From positions 1,984,001 to 2,048,000 of the forward strand of contig OZ245046.1 of the NCBI GenBank assembly GCA_965224245.1: 64,000 nucleotides of DNA. The letters run 5' to 3'. The position numbers and the translations under genes were made by a program. The notes below the pieces were generated by a model. That model was not told where the DNA came from and did no database searches. It saw only the letters and a program-made list of their open reading frames with translations. This document shows, piece by piece, positions 51,114 through 61,700 of the stretch. The stretch is from Candidatus Eiseniibacteriota bacterium. Lineage in GTDB: Bacteria; Eisenbacteria; RBG-16-71-46; CAZAMP01. Position 1 is the stretch's first letter. Every line of letters starts with the position of its first letter.

Positions 51114-51357
51114 TCGGAGCGCTGCGCCGCGACCGCCCGGCGGCACCGATCCCGGGTCGCCGGCGGTCTCCGATCCGATCCGGCCCCGCGCCGCATCGCG
51201 GATCCTCCCACTTTACGTGCGAATCCATTTCTGATAAGGATACCGCCGCCTTTTCGGCGGTAGGTCTTCGCCGGAGCCTCGCAACGCCCCGGCGGAGTCA
51301 TCGCACACTCGTGGCGGATCGCCGACGCGCCCCGGGCTCGTCGGGAAGAGCAGTCCC

Positions 51358-51834
51358 GTGAGACACCTCGTCACCCTCTCGCTCGTGCTCTTCGTCGTGT
51401 GGGTTCTCTGGTCGGGCCATTACACGACGTTCCTGCTGTCGCTGGGTGGGGCGAGCTGCCTCGGTGTCGTGTGGCTGATCCGGAAGCTCGACGCGCTCGA
51501 CGACGAGAGCGTCCCCGCCGGGCTGTGGCTCCCCACGATGCTGTATCTCCCCTGGCTCGTGTGGGAGATCTGGAAAGCCAACGTCGACGTCGCGAGAATC
51601 ATCCTCTCGCCATCCATGCCGATCTCGCCGCGTCTGTTCACCGTCGAGGCCTCGGGAACCGACGAGATCACCCAGGTGATCTACGCCAACTCCATCACGT
51701 TGACCCCCGGCACGGTGTCCGTGCGGACGCACGGGAACGAGATCACCGTCCACGCGCTGACCGCCGCCGCGGCCGAGGGCGTCATGAGCGGCGAGATGGA
51801 CCGCCGCGTCGCGCGGCTGGAAGGGAAGCGCTGA
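51358..51834 (+). CDS. mrpE: Mrp Na+/H+ antiporter subunit E
   Basis: WEIWKANVDVA, ANSITLTPGT. Confidence 0.93.
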   Translation: MRHLVTLSLVLFVVWVLWSGHYTTFLLSLGGASCLGVVWLIRKLDALDDESVPAGLWLPTMLYLPWLVWEIWKANVDVARIILSPSMPISPRLFTVEASGTDEITQVIYANSITLTPGTVSVRTHGNEITVHALTAAAAEGVMSGEMDRRVARLEGKR

Positions 51835-51837
51835 GTC

Positions 51838-52128
51838 ATGTTCGTCGTGGCGACGCTGGCCGTGCTGGTGACGATGGGGCTCGCGCTCTCACGCGCCGCC
51901 GCGGGACCGACCGTCTTCGACCGCATCCTGGCGCTGAACATGTTCGGCACCAAGACGGTGATCCTGATCGCGGTGATCGGGTTTCTCGGCGGACGGCCGG
52001 ACTTCCTCGACCTCGCGCTCCTGTACGCGCTGATGAACTTCATCGGCGTCATCGCCGTGCTCCGCTTCTCGACGTACGGCCATTTCGACGATCCCCCCGC
52101 CGACGAGCGGGACGGAGAGCCATCATGA
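51838..52128 (+). CDS. mrpF: Mrp subunit F
   Basis: GPTVFDRILA, DLALLYAL.NF. Confidence 0.93.
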   Translation: MFVVATLAVLVTMGLALSRAAAGPTVFDRILALNMFGTKTVILIAVIGFLGGRPDFLDLALLYALMNFIGVIAVLRFSTYGHFDDPPADERDGEPS

Positions 52129-52484
52129 CGATCGATCTGGTCTGCGACATCCTCAGCTGGATCCTGATCGTGACCGGATCGGCGTTCTCGCTGATCGGCG
52201 GCATCGGACTGGTTCGTCTACCCGATCTGTACTCGCGCATGCACGCCGGCGGCATCACCGACACCATGGGCGCCGGCCTCGTCGTGGCGGGCCTGGCGTT
52301 TCAGTCCGGCTTCTCGCTGGTCACGGTCAAGCTCGGGATGATCCTGTTCTTCCTGTGGATCACGAGCCCCACGTCGGGACACGCGCTGGCCCGCGCCGCG
52401 CTCGCCCACGGACTCCGGCCGTGGACGGCCGAGACCGACTCCCGTGGCCTCCGCACCAAGGAGGTTCCGCCATCGACGCCCTGA
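52125..52484 (+). CDS. mrpG: Mrp subunit G
   Basis: G.VRLPD.YSRMHA....DTMG, TSP..GHALARAA. Confidence 0.93.
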   Translation: MTIDLVCDILSWILIVTGSAFSLIGGIGLVRLPDLYSRMHAGGITDTMGAGLVVAGLAFQSGFSLVTVKLGMILFFLWITSPTSGHALARAALAHGLRPWTAETDSRGLRTKEVPPSTP

Positions 52485-53032
52485 TTCACGAGCGGCTGGA
52501 CGTCTTCATTCTCGTTCTGCTGTCCGCGACCGCCGTCATCATCGTCCGTACGCGCGAGCTCTTCACCGCCGTGATGCTGACGGGAATCTACAGTCTCCTC
52601 GGTGCCTCCTGGATGCTGACGCTCGACGCCCCGGACGTGGCCTTCACCGAGGCCGCGGTCGGAGCCGGGCTCTCCACGGTGCTGATGTTGAGCACGCTCG
52701 CGCTCGTGGGCGTACGGGCCAAGAAGCTCCGGCGACGCCCTCTGGCGGCGCTGGCCATCGTCACCGTGACCGGCGGCCTCCTGATCTTCGGCACCACGGA
52801 CATGCCGCAGATCGGAGATCCGAACGCCCCGGCCCAGACCCACCCCTCGCCGAGCTACGTCGAACGGGCCCACCACGAGTTCCACGTCCCCAACATCGTG
52901 ACCGCGGTCCTCGGGAGCTACCGCGGATACGACACGCTCGGCGAGACCACCGTCATCTTCACCGCCGGCATCGGGGTGATCTGTCTCCTGCGCGGCCTCG
53001 GGGCCCGACGCCGAGAGGAAGACCCTTCATGA
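52472..53032 (+). CDS. DUF4040 / MrpB N-terminal-like subunit (probable non-canonical start)
   Basis: APDVAFTEAAVGAG, PNIVTAVLGSYRGYDTLGE; AAGGAGG precedes ATC 52472 / CTG 52481. Confidence 0.85.
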   Translation: MDALIHERLDVFILVLLSATAVIIVRTRELFTAVMLTGIYSLLGASWMLTLDAPDVAFTEAAVGAGLSTVLMLSTLALVGVRAKKLRRRPLAALAIVTVTGGLLIFGTTDMPQIGDPNAPAQTHPSPSYVERAHHEFHVPNIVTAVLGSYRGYDTLGETTVIFTAGIGVICLLRGLGARRREEDPS

Positions 53033-53454
53033 CACGCTTCTCGATCCTCCGCGTCGTGACCAAGATGCTGCTCCCGTACATCCTGCTGTTCGGGCTGTAC
53101 ACGCAGTTTCACGGGGACTACGGACCGGGCGGCGGCTTTCAGGCCGGCGTCATCTTCGGCGCGGGACTCGTCCTGTACGGGCTCGTGTTCGGTCTGCGCG
53201 CGCTCCGGGGCGTGGTCAGGCCCCGCTTTCTCGAGGCCCTGATCGCGCTCGGGGTCCTCCTGTACGCCGGCGTCGGCATCGCCGCACTCCTGGCCGGCGG
53301 TCACTACCTCGAGTACGCCGCCTTCGACCCGCATCACCCCCAGCACGGACAGCACTGGGGGCTGTTCCTGATCGAGCTCGGTGTCGGGATGACCGTCAGC
53401 GCGGTGACGGTCACGATCTTCTTCAACTTCGCGGGAAGACGGACGGACCGATGA
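53029..53454 (+). CDS. mrpB: Mrp subunit B
   Basis: HGDYGPGGGFQAG, IELGVG.TV. Confidence 0.9.
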   Translation: MTRFSILRVVTKMLLPYILLFGLYTQFHGDYGPGGGFQAGVIFGAGLVLYGLVFGLRALRGVVRPRFLEALIALGVLLYAGVGIAALLAGGHYLEYAAFDPHHPQHGQHWGLFLIELGVGMTVSAVTVTIFFNFAGRRTDR

Positions 53455-53828
53455 CGCTCGCACACTACGACTACTGGGTCGTGATCTTCCTGATGATGAC
53501 CGGGTTCTACGTGGTCATCTCGCGCGGCAATCTGGTCAAGAAGGTGATCGGCCTCAACATCTTTCAGACGTCGGTGTTCCTGCTCTACATCACGCAGGGC
53601 AAGGTGCGCCACGGGACGGCGCCGATCCTGATCGACGAGGACGTCGTCTACTCGAACCCGCTGCCGGGCGTCCTGATCCTGACCGCCATCGTCGTGGGCG
53701 TGGCCACGACGGCGCTGGCCTGTGCGCTGATCATCCGGATCAACGAGGCCTACGGGACGATCGAAGAGGCCGAGATCACCGCCATCGATCGGGCCGAGGA
53801 CGTCGGGGAGGCGCCGCCCGATGCTTGA
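53451..53828 (+). CDS. mrpC: Mrp subunit C
   Basis: NLVKKVIGL, NPLP..LILTAIVVG.A. Confidence 0.93.
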   Translation: MTLAHYDYWVVIFLMMTGFYVVISRGNLVKKVIGLNIFQTSVFLLYITQGKVRHGTAPILIDEDVVYSNPLPGVLILTAIVVGVATTALACALIIRINEAYGTIEEAEITAIDRAEDVGEAPPDA

Positions 53829-55299
53829 GCACCTTCCGGCGCTCCAGATCGTGGTGCCGCTGATGGCGGCGCCGCTGGCCATCGTGCTCAGGCAGCGCCA
53901 CGTGGTCACCGCGTTCGCGCTCGCGATCACCTGGCTCACGCTCGCGATGTCGGTGACGCTCCTGGGTCGCGTGCTCGACGGCGGTCCCATCAGCTATGCG
54001 CTGGGCGGGTGGGTGGCTCCGTGGGGCATCGAGTACCGGATCGACGTCCTGAACGGGTTCGTGCTGTGCTTCGTGTCGGGGATCGGGGCGCTGGTTCTCT
54101 CCTTCGCACCCAGGAGTCTGACCAGGGAGATCCCGCTCGAGCGCCACTACCTCTTTCTGTCCGCCTATCTCCTGTGCCTGACCGGTCTTCTCGGCATCGC
54201 CATCACCGGCGACATGTTCAACGTGTTCGTGTTCCTCGAGGTCTCCTCGCTCTCGTCGTACATCATGATCAGCATGGGTTCGACGCGCCGCGCGTTGACC
54301 GCGTCGTTTCACTACCTGGTGATGGGAACGCTGGGGGCCACGTTCCTGCTCATCGGCATCGGCCTGACCTACTCGATGACGGGCACGCTCAACATGGCCG
54401 ACGCGGCCGCGCGCGTGCAGGACGCGCTCGACACGCGGACGATGCTGGTGGCGTTCGCGTTCGTGACGGTGGGCGTGGGGCTCAAGATGGCCCTGTTCCC
54501 GCTCCACTCGTGGCTGCCGAACGCCTACGCATTCGCACCCTCGGTGGTGACGGCGTTCCTGGCGGCCACCGCGACCAAGGTCTCGGTCTACGTGCTGCTC
54601 CGCTTCGCGTTCACGATCTTCGGCCGCTCGTTCGCATTCGAGACGCTGCCCCTGGGACACATCCTGCTGCCGCTGTCGATCATCGCGATCTTCGTCACGT
54701 CCACGGTCGCCATCTTCCAGCGGAACGTCAAGCGCATGCTGGCCTACTCGAGCGTGGCCCAGGTGGGCTACATGGCGCTCGGGATCAGCCTGGCCTCGGT
54801 CTCGGGGCTCACCGCGGGCATCGTGCACCTGTTCAACCACGCGCTGATGAAGGGCGGGCTGTTCCTGGCCATGGGCTGCGTGTTCTGGCGGCTCGACTCG
54901 GTCGAGCTGTCGGACATGCGCGGCGTCGGACGCACGATGCCGGTGACGATGCTCGCGTGGGTCATCGGCGGCCTGGGACTGATCGGGGTCCCCCTGACCT
55001 GCGGCTTCGTCAGCAAGTGGGCGCTGATCAGCGCGACCCTGGAGCGCGGGACGTGGCTGGTGGCGGCCCTGATCCTCCTGAGCTCGCTCCTGGCCCTCGT
55101 GTACGTGTGGCGCGTGGTCGAGGTGGCGTACTTCCAGGCGCCCCCCGACGGCCGGACCGAGACTCGCGAGGCTCCCTGGGCGATGTTGATCCCCACCTGG
55201 ATCCTGATCGGGCTCACGATCTACTTCGGCCTCTCCACGTCGATGTCGCTGGACGTCGCGCGACGCGCCGCGGAGGCGCTTCTGGGAAGTGCATCGTGA
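53821..55299 (+). CDS. mrpD: Mrp subunit D (first large subunit)
   Basis: GD.FN.FVFLE, GLKMALFPLH.WLP.AY, KRMLAYSS, GF.SKW. Confidence 0.92.
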   Translation: MLEHLPALQIVVPLMAAPLAIVLRQRHVVTAFALAITWLTLAMSVTLLGRVLDGGPISYALGGWVAPWGIEYRIDVLNGFVLCFVSGIGALVLSFAPRSLTREIPLERHYLFLSAYLLCLTGLLGIAITGDMFNVFVFLEVSSLSSYIMISMGSTRRALTASFHYLVMGTLGATFLLIGIGLTYSMTGTLNMADAAARVQDALDTRTMLVAFAFVTVGVGLKMALFPLHSWLPNAYAFAPSVVTAFLAATATKVSVYVLLRFAFTIFGRSFAFETLPLGHILLPLSIIAIFVTSTVAIFQRNVKRMLAYSSVAQVGYMALGISLASVSGLTAGIVHLFNHALMKGGLFLAMGCVFWRLDSVELSDMRGVGRTMPVTMLAWVIGGLGLIGVPLTCGFVSKWALISATLERGTWLVAALILLSSLLALVYVWRVVEVAYFQAPPDGRTETREAPWAMLIPTWILIGLTIYFGLSTSMSLDVARRAAEALLGSAS

Positions 55300-56756
55300 A
55301 CCCACAGGACGCCATGCTGGCGGCCCTCACGCTGCCGCTCGTGCTGACCGGCGTGATCGGCCTCGTGGGGCGCCACGCGAACCTCCGCGAGAGCGTGATC
55401 ATCCTGGTCGCGGTGGCGACCTTCGGGCTCGTGGTGAGCCTGGTTCCCGACGTGAGCGCCGGCGGGCGACCGTCGGTGACCCTGTTCACGGTGATCTCGG
55501 GCATCGATCTGGCGTTCTCGCTCGAGCCCCTCGGTCTCCTGTTCGCGCTCGTCGCATCGGGCCTCTGGATCGTGACGTCGCTCTACTCGATCGGTTACAT
55601 GCGCGCCCACCACGAGGAGAACCAGACCCGCTTCTACGCGTGCTTCGCGCTGGCCATCTTCGCCGCGCTCGGAGCCGCCATGGCGGCCAACCTCTTCACG
55701 CTGTTCGTGTTCTACGAGCTCCTGACGCTCTCCACGTACCCCCTGGTCACGCATCACGGCACCGAAGCAGCTCGCCGGGGCGGGCGGACGTACCTCGGCA
55801 TCCTGCTGACCACGTCGGTCTGCTTCCTCCTGTTCGCGGTCATCTGGACCTGGCGCATCGCGGGGACGCTGGACTTCCAGCCGAGCGGCATCCTGGCCGG
55901 CAGGGCGTCCACGGGCACGATCGGTGTCCTCCTGGCCCTGTTCGCGTTCGGTACGGGCAAGGCGGCGCTGATGCCGTTTCACCGGTGGCTGCCGGCGGCG
56001 ATGGTGGCCCCCACGCCAGTGAGCGCGCTCCTTCACGCGGTGGCCGTGGTCAAGGCAGGTGTGTTCACGATCACCAAGGTGATCGTGTACGTGTTCGGGA
56101 TCGACCTGCTCGGCGGCAACGGGGCCAGCACGTGGCTCATGTACGTGGCCGCGGCCACGATCCTCCTGGCCTCTCTGGTCGCGATGACCAAGGACAATCT
56201 CAAGGCCCGGCTCGCCTACTCGACGGTCAGCCAGCTCTCGTACATCGTCCTCGGGGCCGCGCTGGCCAATGCGTCGGGCATCCTGGGCGGAGGCATGCAC
56301 ATCGCGATGCACGCCTTCGGCAAGATCACGCTCTTCTTCTGCGCGGGCGCCATCTACGTCGCCACGCACAAGACCGAGATCAGCGACATGCGCGGGATCG
56401 GTCGCATGATGCCGGTGACCACGTTCGCGTTCCTGATCGGCGCGATCAGCGTGATCGGGCTGCCGCCCATGGGAGGCAGCTGGAGCAAGTGGTACCTGGC
56501 GCTCGGAGCCGCCGACGCCCACCAGACCCTGCTCGTGGCCGTGCTGATGATCAGCTCGCTCCTGAACATCGCGTACCTGATGCCGCTGGTCGCCCGGGGC
56601 TTCTTCCTGGCGCCGCCCGGAGACGGTCCCGTGAGAATCACCGAGGCGCCGATCTTCTGCCTCGTGCCGCTGTCCCTGACGGCCGCCGGGTGCGTCGTGC
56701 TGTTCTTCTACGCCGACCGCGTGGTCGCGCTCTTGAGCCCGATCGTGGGGCGATGA
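55296..56756 (+). CDS. Mrp large subunit, MrpA/NuoL-like core (second large subunit)
   Basis: FYE, KAALMPFH.WLPAAM.APTPVSALLHAVAVVKAG, RLAYSTVSQL; GTGA overlap with mrpD. Confidence 0.9.
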   Translation: MNPQDAMLAALTLPLVLTGVIGLVGRHANLRESVIILVAVATFGLVVSLVPDVSAGGRPSVTLFTVISGIDLAFSLEPLGLLFALVASGLWIVTSLYSIGYMRAHHEENQTRFYACFALAIFAALGAAMAANLFTLFVFYELLTLSTYPLVTHHGTEAARRGGRTYLGILLTTSVCFLLFAVIWTWRIAGTLDFQPSGILAGRASTGTIGVLLALFAFGTGKAALMPFHRWLPAAMVAPTPVSALLHAVAVVKAGVFTITKVIVYVFGIDLLGGNGASTWLMYVAAATILLASLVAMTKDNLKARLAYSTVSQLSYIVLGAALANASGILGGGMHIAMHAFGKITLFFCAGAIYVATHKTEISDMRGIGRMMPVTTFAFLIGAISVIGLPPMGGSWSKWYLALGAADAHQTLLVAVLMISSLLNIAYLMPLVARGFFLAPPGDGPVRITEAPIFCLVPLSLTAAGCVVLFFYADRVVALLSPIVGR

Positions 56757-56766
56757 GGAGAGTTCG

Positions 56767-57054
56767 ATGAGCGACGACACGACACCTCGCCAGCCGGACA
56801 CACCACCGGCTCGCGACGAGAAGCGCTACTGGCTCGACGAGCCTCGAAACGTGACCACCATCGTGCGCCTTCTGGTCGCCGTCTGCGTGGCACTGGTCGT
56901 CGCCGACTTCTTCTATCACAAGCACACGCACTACGGAGCCGAGAAGCTCCCGGGCTTCTTCGCGTTCTTCGGGTTCGTGAGCGCGGTGTTTCTCGTGCTC
57001 ACCGCCAAGCAGCTGAGACGCATCCTGATGCGCGACGAGGACTACTATGACTGA
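56767..57054 (+). CDS. Small two-TM hypothetical protein within the mrp operon
   Basis: GAGGAG RBS; two hydrophobic helices; ends R..LMRDEDYYD; overlaps the next gene. Confidence 0.8.
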   Translation: MSDDTTPRQPDTPPARDEKRYWLDEPRNVTTIVRLLVAVCVALVVADFFYHKHTHYGAEKLPGFFAFFGFVSAVFLVLTAKQLRRILMRDEDYYD

Positions 57055-58753
57055 GGCGATTGCCGCCATTCCGCCCGGCGCGATCCTGATCCTCGGGGGC
57101 CTCCTGACGCCGCTCTGGCGCGGGCGCACGCAGCCCGTCTACCTGGTCGCGGTCGCCCTGGCCTCGCTCTGGCATCTGACGACGCTTCACGGTCTCGACG
57201 GCGCCGTGCACACGCTGACGGTCTTCGGCTACGACCTCGTCCCGGTGCGCGTCGACGCCCTGAGCCTCGTGTTCGGCACGATCTTCCACATCGCCGTGCT
57301 CCTCGGCGTGGTGTACGCCCTTCACGTGCGCGACACGCTCCAGCACGTTGCCGCGCTCGTCTATGCGGGCTCCGCCGTCGGGGCCGTGTTCGCCGGCGAC
57401 GTGATCACGCTCTTCGTCTACTGGGAGCTGACCGCCATCGCCTCGGTGTTCCTGATCTGGGCGCGCCGCACCCCGCGCGCGTACCGCGCCGGCATGCGCT
57501 ACCTCATCGTCCAGGTGGGCTCGGGAGTCCTGCTCCTGTCGGGCGTGATCTTCCGGTACCGGGACACCGGCTCGCTGGACTTCTCGCACATCGGCCTCGG
57601 CACGCTCGGAAACGACCTCATCTTCCTGGCGTTCGGGATCAAGGCCGCGTTTCCGCTGCTCCACAACTGGCTCCAGGACGCGTACCCCGAGGCGACCCCG
57701 ACCGGGACCGTCTTCCTGAGCGCGTTCACCACCAAGCTCGCGATCTACGCGCTGGCCCGCTCGTTCGCGGGGACCGAGATCCTCGTGTACCTGGGTGCGA
57801 TCATGACCGCGTTCCCGATCTTCTACGCGGTGATCGAGAACGACCTCCGCCGGGTGCTCGCGTACAGCCTCAACAACCAGCTGGGTTTCATGGTGGTGGG
57901 CGTCGGCATCGGGACCGAGCTGGCCCTCAACGGGACCGCCTCGCACGCGTTCGCGCACATCCTGTACAAGGCGCTGCTGTTCATGTCGATGGGCGCCGTC
58001 CTGCACCGCACCGGCACCGCGCTGGGCTCCGAGCTCGGCGGGCTCTACAAGTCCATGCCATGGACCACCGCGTTCTGCATCGTGGGCGCAGCCTCGATCT
58101 CCGCGTTCCCGTTCACGAACGGGTTCATCTCCAAGTCGCTGATCGTCTCCGCCTCGGCCGAGGAGCACTTCACGGTCGTGTTCTTCGTGCTCCTGTTCGC
58201 GTCGGCGGGCGTGTTCCACCACTCCGGAATCAAGATCCCGTTCTTCGCGTTCTTCGCCCACGACTCGGGCATCCGGTGCAAGGAGGCTCCGCCCAACATG
58301 CTGATCGCGATGGGCGTGACGGCGCTCCTGTGCCTGGGGATCGGGATCTTCCCGGGGCCCCTGTACTCGATCCTGCCCTATCCGGTTCACTACGAGCCCT
58401 ACACGGTCACCCACGTCATCACGCAGTACCAGCTGCTGATCTGGTCGGCACTGGCGTTCACGTTCCTGAAGCTGACGAAGCTCTATCCGCCCGAGCTGCG
58501 CTCGACGGTGCTCGACTCCGACTGGTTCTACCGGCGGCTCTATCCCGCGGTGGCGCTCGGCCTCGGGCGCACGGTCGCCGCGGCCGATGGCGCGCTCCGC
58601 GGCGCGGTGCTCTCGGTGCTCGAGCGGGGTCGGGGGTGGCTTCGCGCCACGTACGGTCCGGCCAGCCCCGTGGCCCGCACGTCGGCCACCGGCAGCGAGG
58701 TCATGTGGCTGACGGTGATCCTGGGCGCGTTCCTGATCATCTATCTCCTGTGA
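57047..58753 (+). CDS. Mrp subunit D-like (third large subunit)
   Basis: GD..TLF.YWE, IKAAFPLLHNWL.DAYP, RRVLAYS..NQ.GFM, GF.SKS. Confidence 0.9.
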   Translation: MTEAIAAIPPGAILILGGLLTPLWRGRTQPVYLVAVALASLWHLTTLHGLDGAVHTLTVFGYDLVPVRVDALSLVFGTIFHIAVLLGVVYALHVRDTLQHVAALVYAGSAVGAVFAGDVITLFVYWELTAIASVFLIWARRTPRAYRAGMRYLIVQVGSGVLLLSGVIFRYRDTGSLDFSHIGLGTLGNDLIFLAFGIKAAFPLLHNWLQDAYPEATPTGTVFLSAFTTKLAIYALARSFAGTEILVYLGAIMTAFPIFYAVIENDLRRVLAYSLNNQLGFMVVGVGIGTELALNGTASHAFAHILYKALLFMSMGAVLHRTGTALGSELGGLYKSMPWTTAFCIVGAASISAFPFTNGFISKSLIVSASAEEHFTVVFFVLLFASAGVFHHSGIKIPFFAFFAHDSGIRCKEAPPNMLIAMGVTALLCLGIGIFPGPLYSILPYPVHYEPYTVTHVITQYQLLIWSALAFTFLKLTKLYPPELRSTVLDSDWFYRRLYPAVALGLGRTVAAADGALRGAVLSVLERGRGWLRATYGPASPVARTSATGSEVMWLTVILGAFLIIYLL

Positions 58754-58796
58754 CGCGACCGGACGCGTCCGCGGGTGCTCGCCACGGCGCCTCGGA

Positions 58797-61700
58797 TCAC
58801 GGCAGGAGTACGACCCTCACGACGTCTCGGACGCCCTGCGTTCGGGCCTCCAGGAAGTAGACGCCGGCCGCGAGTCGTCGCCCCGGCACCGGCCAGGTCA
58901 GCGTGTTGCTCCCCGTCGTGAGCATCGCCGTCGTCGGCGTGCCGAGCCGCCGTCCGGCGACGTCGTAGACGCAGAGCTGGACGCGCCCGGCACGAGGAAG
59001 GGTCACCTGGACGCGGGGCAACCCCCGACCGGGGTTCGGACTCACGCGAACGCGCGGACGAGCCGGCGGGGGCCCCGCCTCGGCGATCTCCAGCAGCGAC
59101 CCGTTGGCCGCACCGGGTGACGGAACGGCGAACGTCGACCACGACGACGCACAGTCCGGCAGGCGCCCCCGGGACACGTTCGACGACTGGGGACCGAACC
59201 GGACCGAGTCCACCAGCGCGAGGCCGAATGGTCCCGGCTGGAACAGCCCGATCTCCTCCCCAGCCGCCGAGAGCGCGAACGGGGCGTGAAGCGCTCCCTG
59301 TCCGACGTCTCCATCGGCCCAGATGACCAGGTAGGCGTCCGGCTCCAGGAGGACGGGCGGCACCGACCACGCGGCGGGCTCGCCCAGATCGTCGGTCAGC
59401 GTCAGCCCGGCGGTGGACACCGTGGATGCCCCGCAGTTCCGGATCTCGATCCAGTCGTCGGTCTCGCCCGCCTCGTCGGTGTGACCGCTCGTGTTGCTGG
59501 CCAGGAACTCGTTGATGCGGAGCGCGACCGGGGCGAACCCGACCCGATATCGATGGCGTCCCCCTCCGACCTCGGCCGCGTCGAGAGGATCGTGCCGCGT
59601 GGCACCCGCGTCGTCGATGGCTTCCAGGAAGTACGCGACGTCGGTGCCGTCCGCGAATCCGGGGATCACGCCGCCGTAGACCCCGTCTCCGACGTCGCCA
59701 TCGCCGGAGACGCCGTCGTCGAGCAGTGCGATCGCTCCCGCCGGAACCCCGTCCACCTCCACGTGAACCGTCACGTCGGAGACCTCGCCGTCGTCGGTGA
59801 CGTGCGCGGTGAGGGCGACGGGCTCGGTCGGGCCGGGGTGCGTCGGCTCCCGGGAGACGTGGGTCACGACGGGCGCGAGATTCCCGGCGACGCTGTTCGC
59901 CGCGCCGGGCGTTGCCGTGGCGAACGACGTGATGAACCCGCTCCCGTCGGGGAACCGCCCCCACGACACGTCGGGGGCCAGGGGGCCGAAGCGAACGTGG
60001 TCGATCCGGCGGGCGCCGGCCACGACGCGATCGAACAGGGCGACCTCCTCCCCTTCCGCCGACAGCTTGAACCCCGCGTGAAGCGGCCCCTCCTCCGGCT
60101 CGCCGTCCAGCCAGACCATCATCCACTCTCCGGGACCGAGGGTGACGTCGGGAAACACCCACTTGTGCGGCTGGGTGACGTCGTCGGTGAGACCGACCCC
60201 TGCGAGGCCGAACGAAACACCGGTGGGGTTGAAGATCTCGACCCAGTCGTCGTGATCACCGAACTCGTCGGTGAGGGTCGTATCGTTCCGTGCCATGAGC
60301 TCGTTGACCACGACGAACCCGCCGGGATCCGGCGCGAAGCCGGGTATCTCCGTTCCCAGATGGGCGATGCGATCGGTCACGAACGTCTTCAGCTCCATCG
60401 GGCGCGCCAGGAAGCCGGCGCTGGACTCGAAGTCGATCTTGTGGATGTCCCGGATGCCCTCCAGCTCGATCTCGGCGAACAGGGAGTCGACGCTGGCCCA
60501 CATCACGGTCTCCTCGAACGGACCCTCGAGCGCCCGCGAGAGGTGCTGCACGTACGCGTATCGAAAGAGGTCCACGTCGAGGAGCCGGGTGATCAGGACG
60601 TTGTGGCCGTGGGCGTCGGGGGAGCCCGGGGTCCCGTGATCGATCGCTCGCTGGGCATCACGAAACGTGGAATCGAGGTCCCACGGCACGATCGACCACC
60701 GGCCGGTCGACCCGTCCCGGTGGAGAAAGTAGTTCTCACCGGTGAAGTCGTTGTTGGCGATGAGGATGTTCAGTGCGTACTCGGTCAGCACCTCGTCCAG
60801 CGCCACGTTCGCACCCACCCACGCCGGGAAGTCGGCCTCGGAGACCGAGTTCAGCTCCTCGATGAACGCGATGAGCGTGGCCAGGTCGCCGGGATCGCCG
60901 AGCTGGTTCTCGTACTGGGCACGATAGGCCGCGGCGCTTCCCAGCGGCACGAGCGTGTCGGAGCACTTGTAGAGATCCCCCGCCGGATCGAGGCCGACGC
61001 GTTCCAGGAAGCGCTCGTCCACGTCCTCCACCGCACCGAACACGCCGCGGTCGGTGTCGTTCAGGAACAGCCGACACGGACGGTTCGTCGGCGCGGGGAC
61101 GTCGAGTCGCGCCGCCAGGAGCAGCCCCAGTCGATTTCGAAGAAGGGAGTTGTCGCCGAAATCGCCGTTCAGGTTCAGCCGCGACTGCCCTTCGAACAGG
61201 ACGCCCTCGCCGAAATCCAGCTTGTAGGACTTCTTGTGGAGCTCTCTGGCGCTGTTGCCCCGGTAGCGGACCGCGGAGTACGGAAGCCCGTACCCGCCGT
61301 ACGCGAAGCGGCACGGAACCAGCTCGTCGGACCATACGTCGCGGTTCAGGTCCGTCAGCGCGTCGTCGGTCAGCGTGAGCGTGTACACCGGCAGCAACGT
61401 CGCGGTGCGCGGCAGCGCAGTGGCCTGGCCGACGGCGGACGCTGGGCCTTCGTTTCCGTACACGTCGCGCGCCGCGACGCGGTACGTGTACGGGACTCCG
61501 ACGTCCGCCGTCGCGTCGACGTGACGGCGCGGGAAGTCGTCGGTGACGGCGATCGGATCGAACTGGGTCCCGTCGGTGGAGCGGTAGATGACGTACCCGG
61601 CGATGTCGGCCGCCGTGGCCACGCCCCAGGTCAGGAGCGTCGCCTCGTAGAGATCGACCGCCGCGAAGGCGCCCGGAGCAGGCGGCGGCTCCGCGTCAGG

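Noticed and set aside
54009-55295. 915-aa ORF suggesting a fused giant Mrp subunit
   Set aside because: The first 429 codons are an alternate frame over mrpD; the real start is GTG 55296. The same artefact inflates ORFs 5790..8057, 34427..36337, 51399..52484 and 52444..53454.
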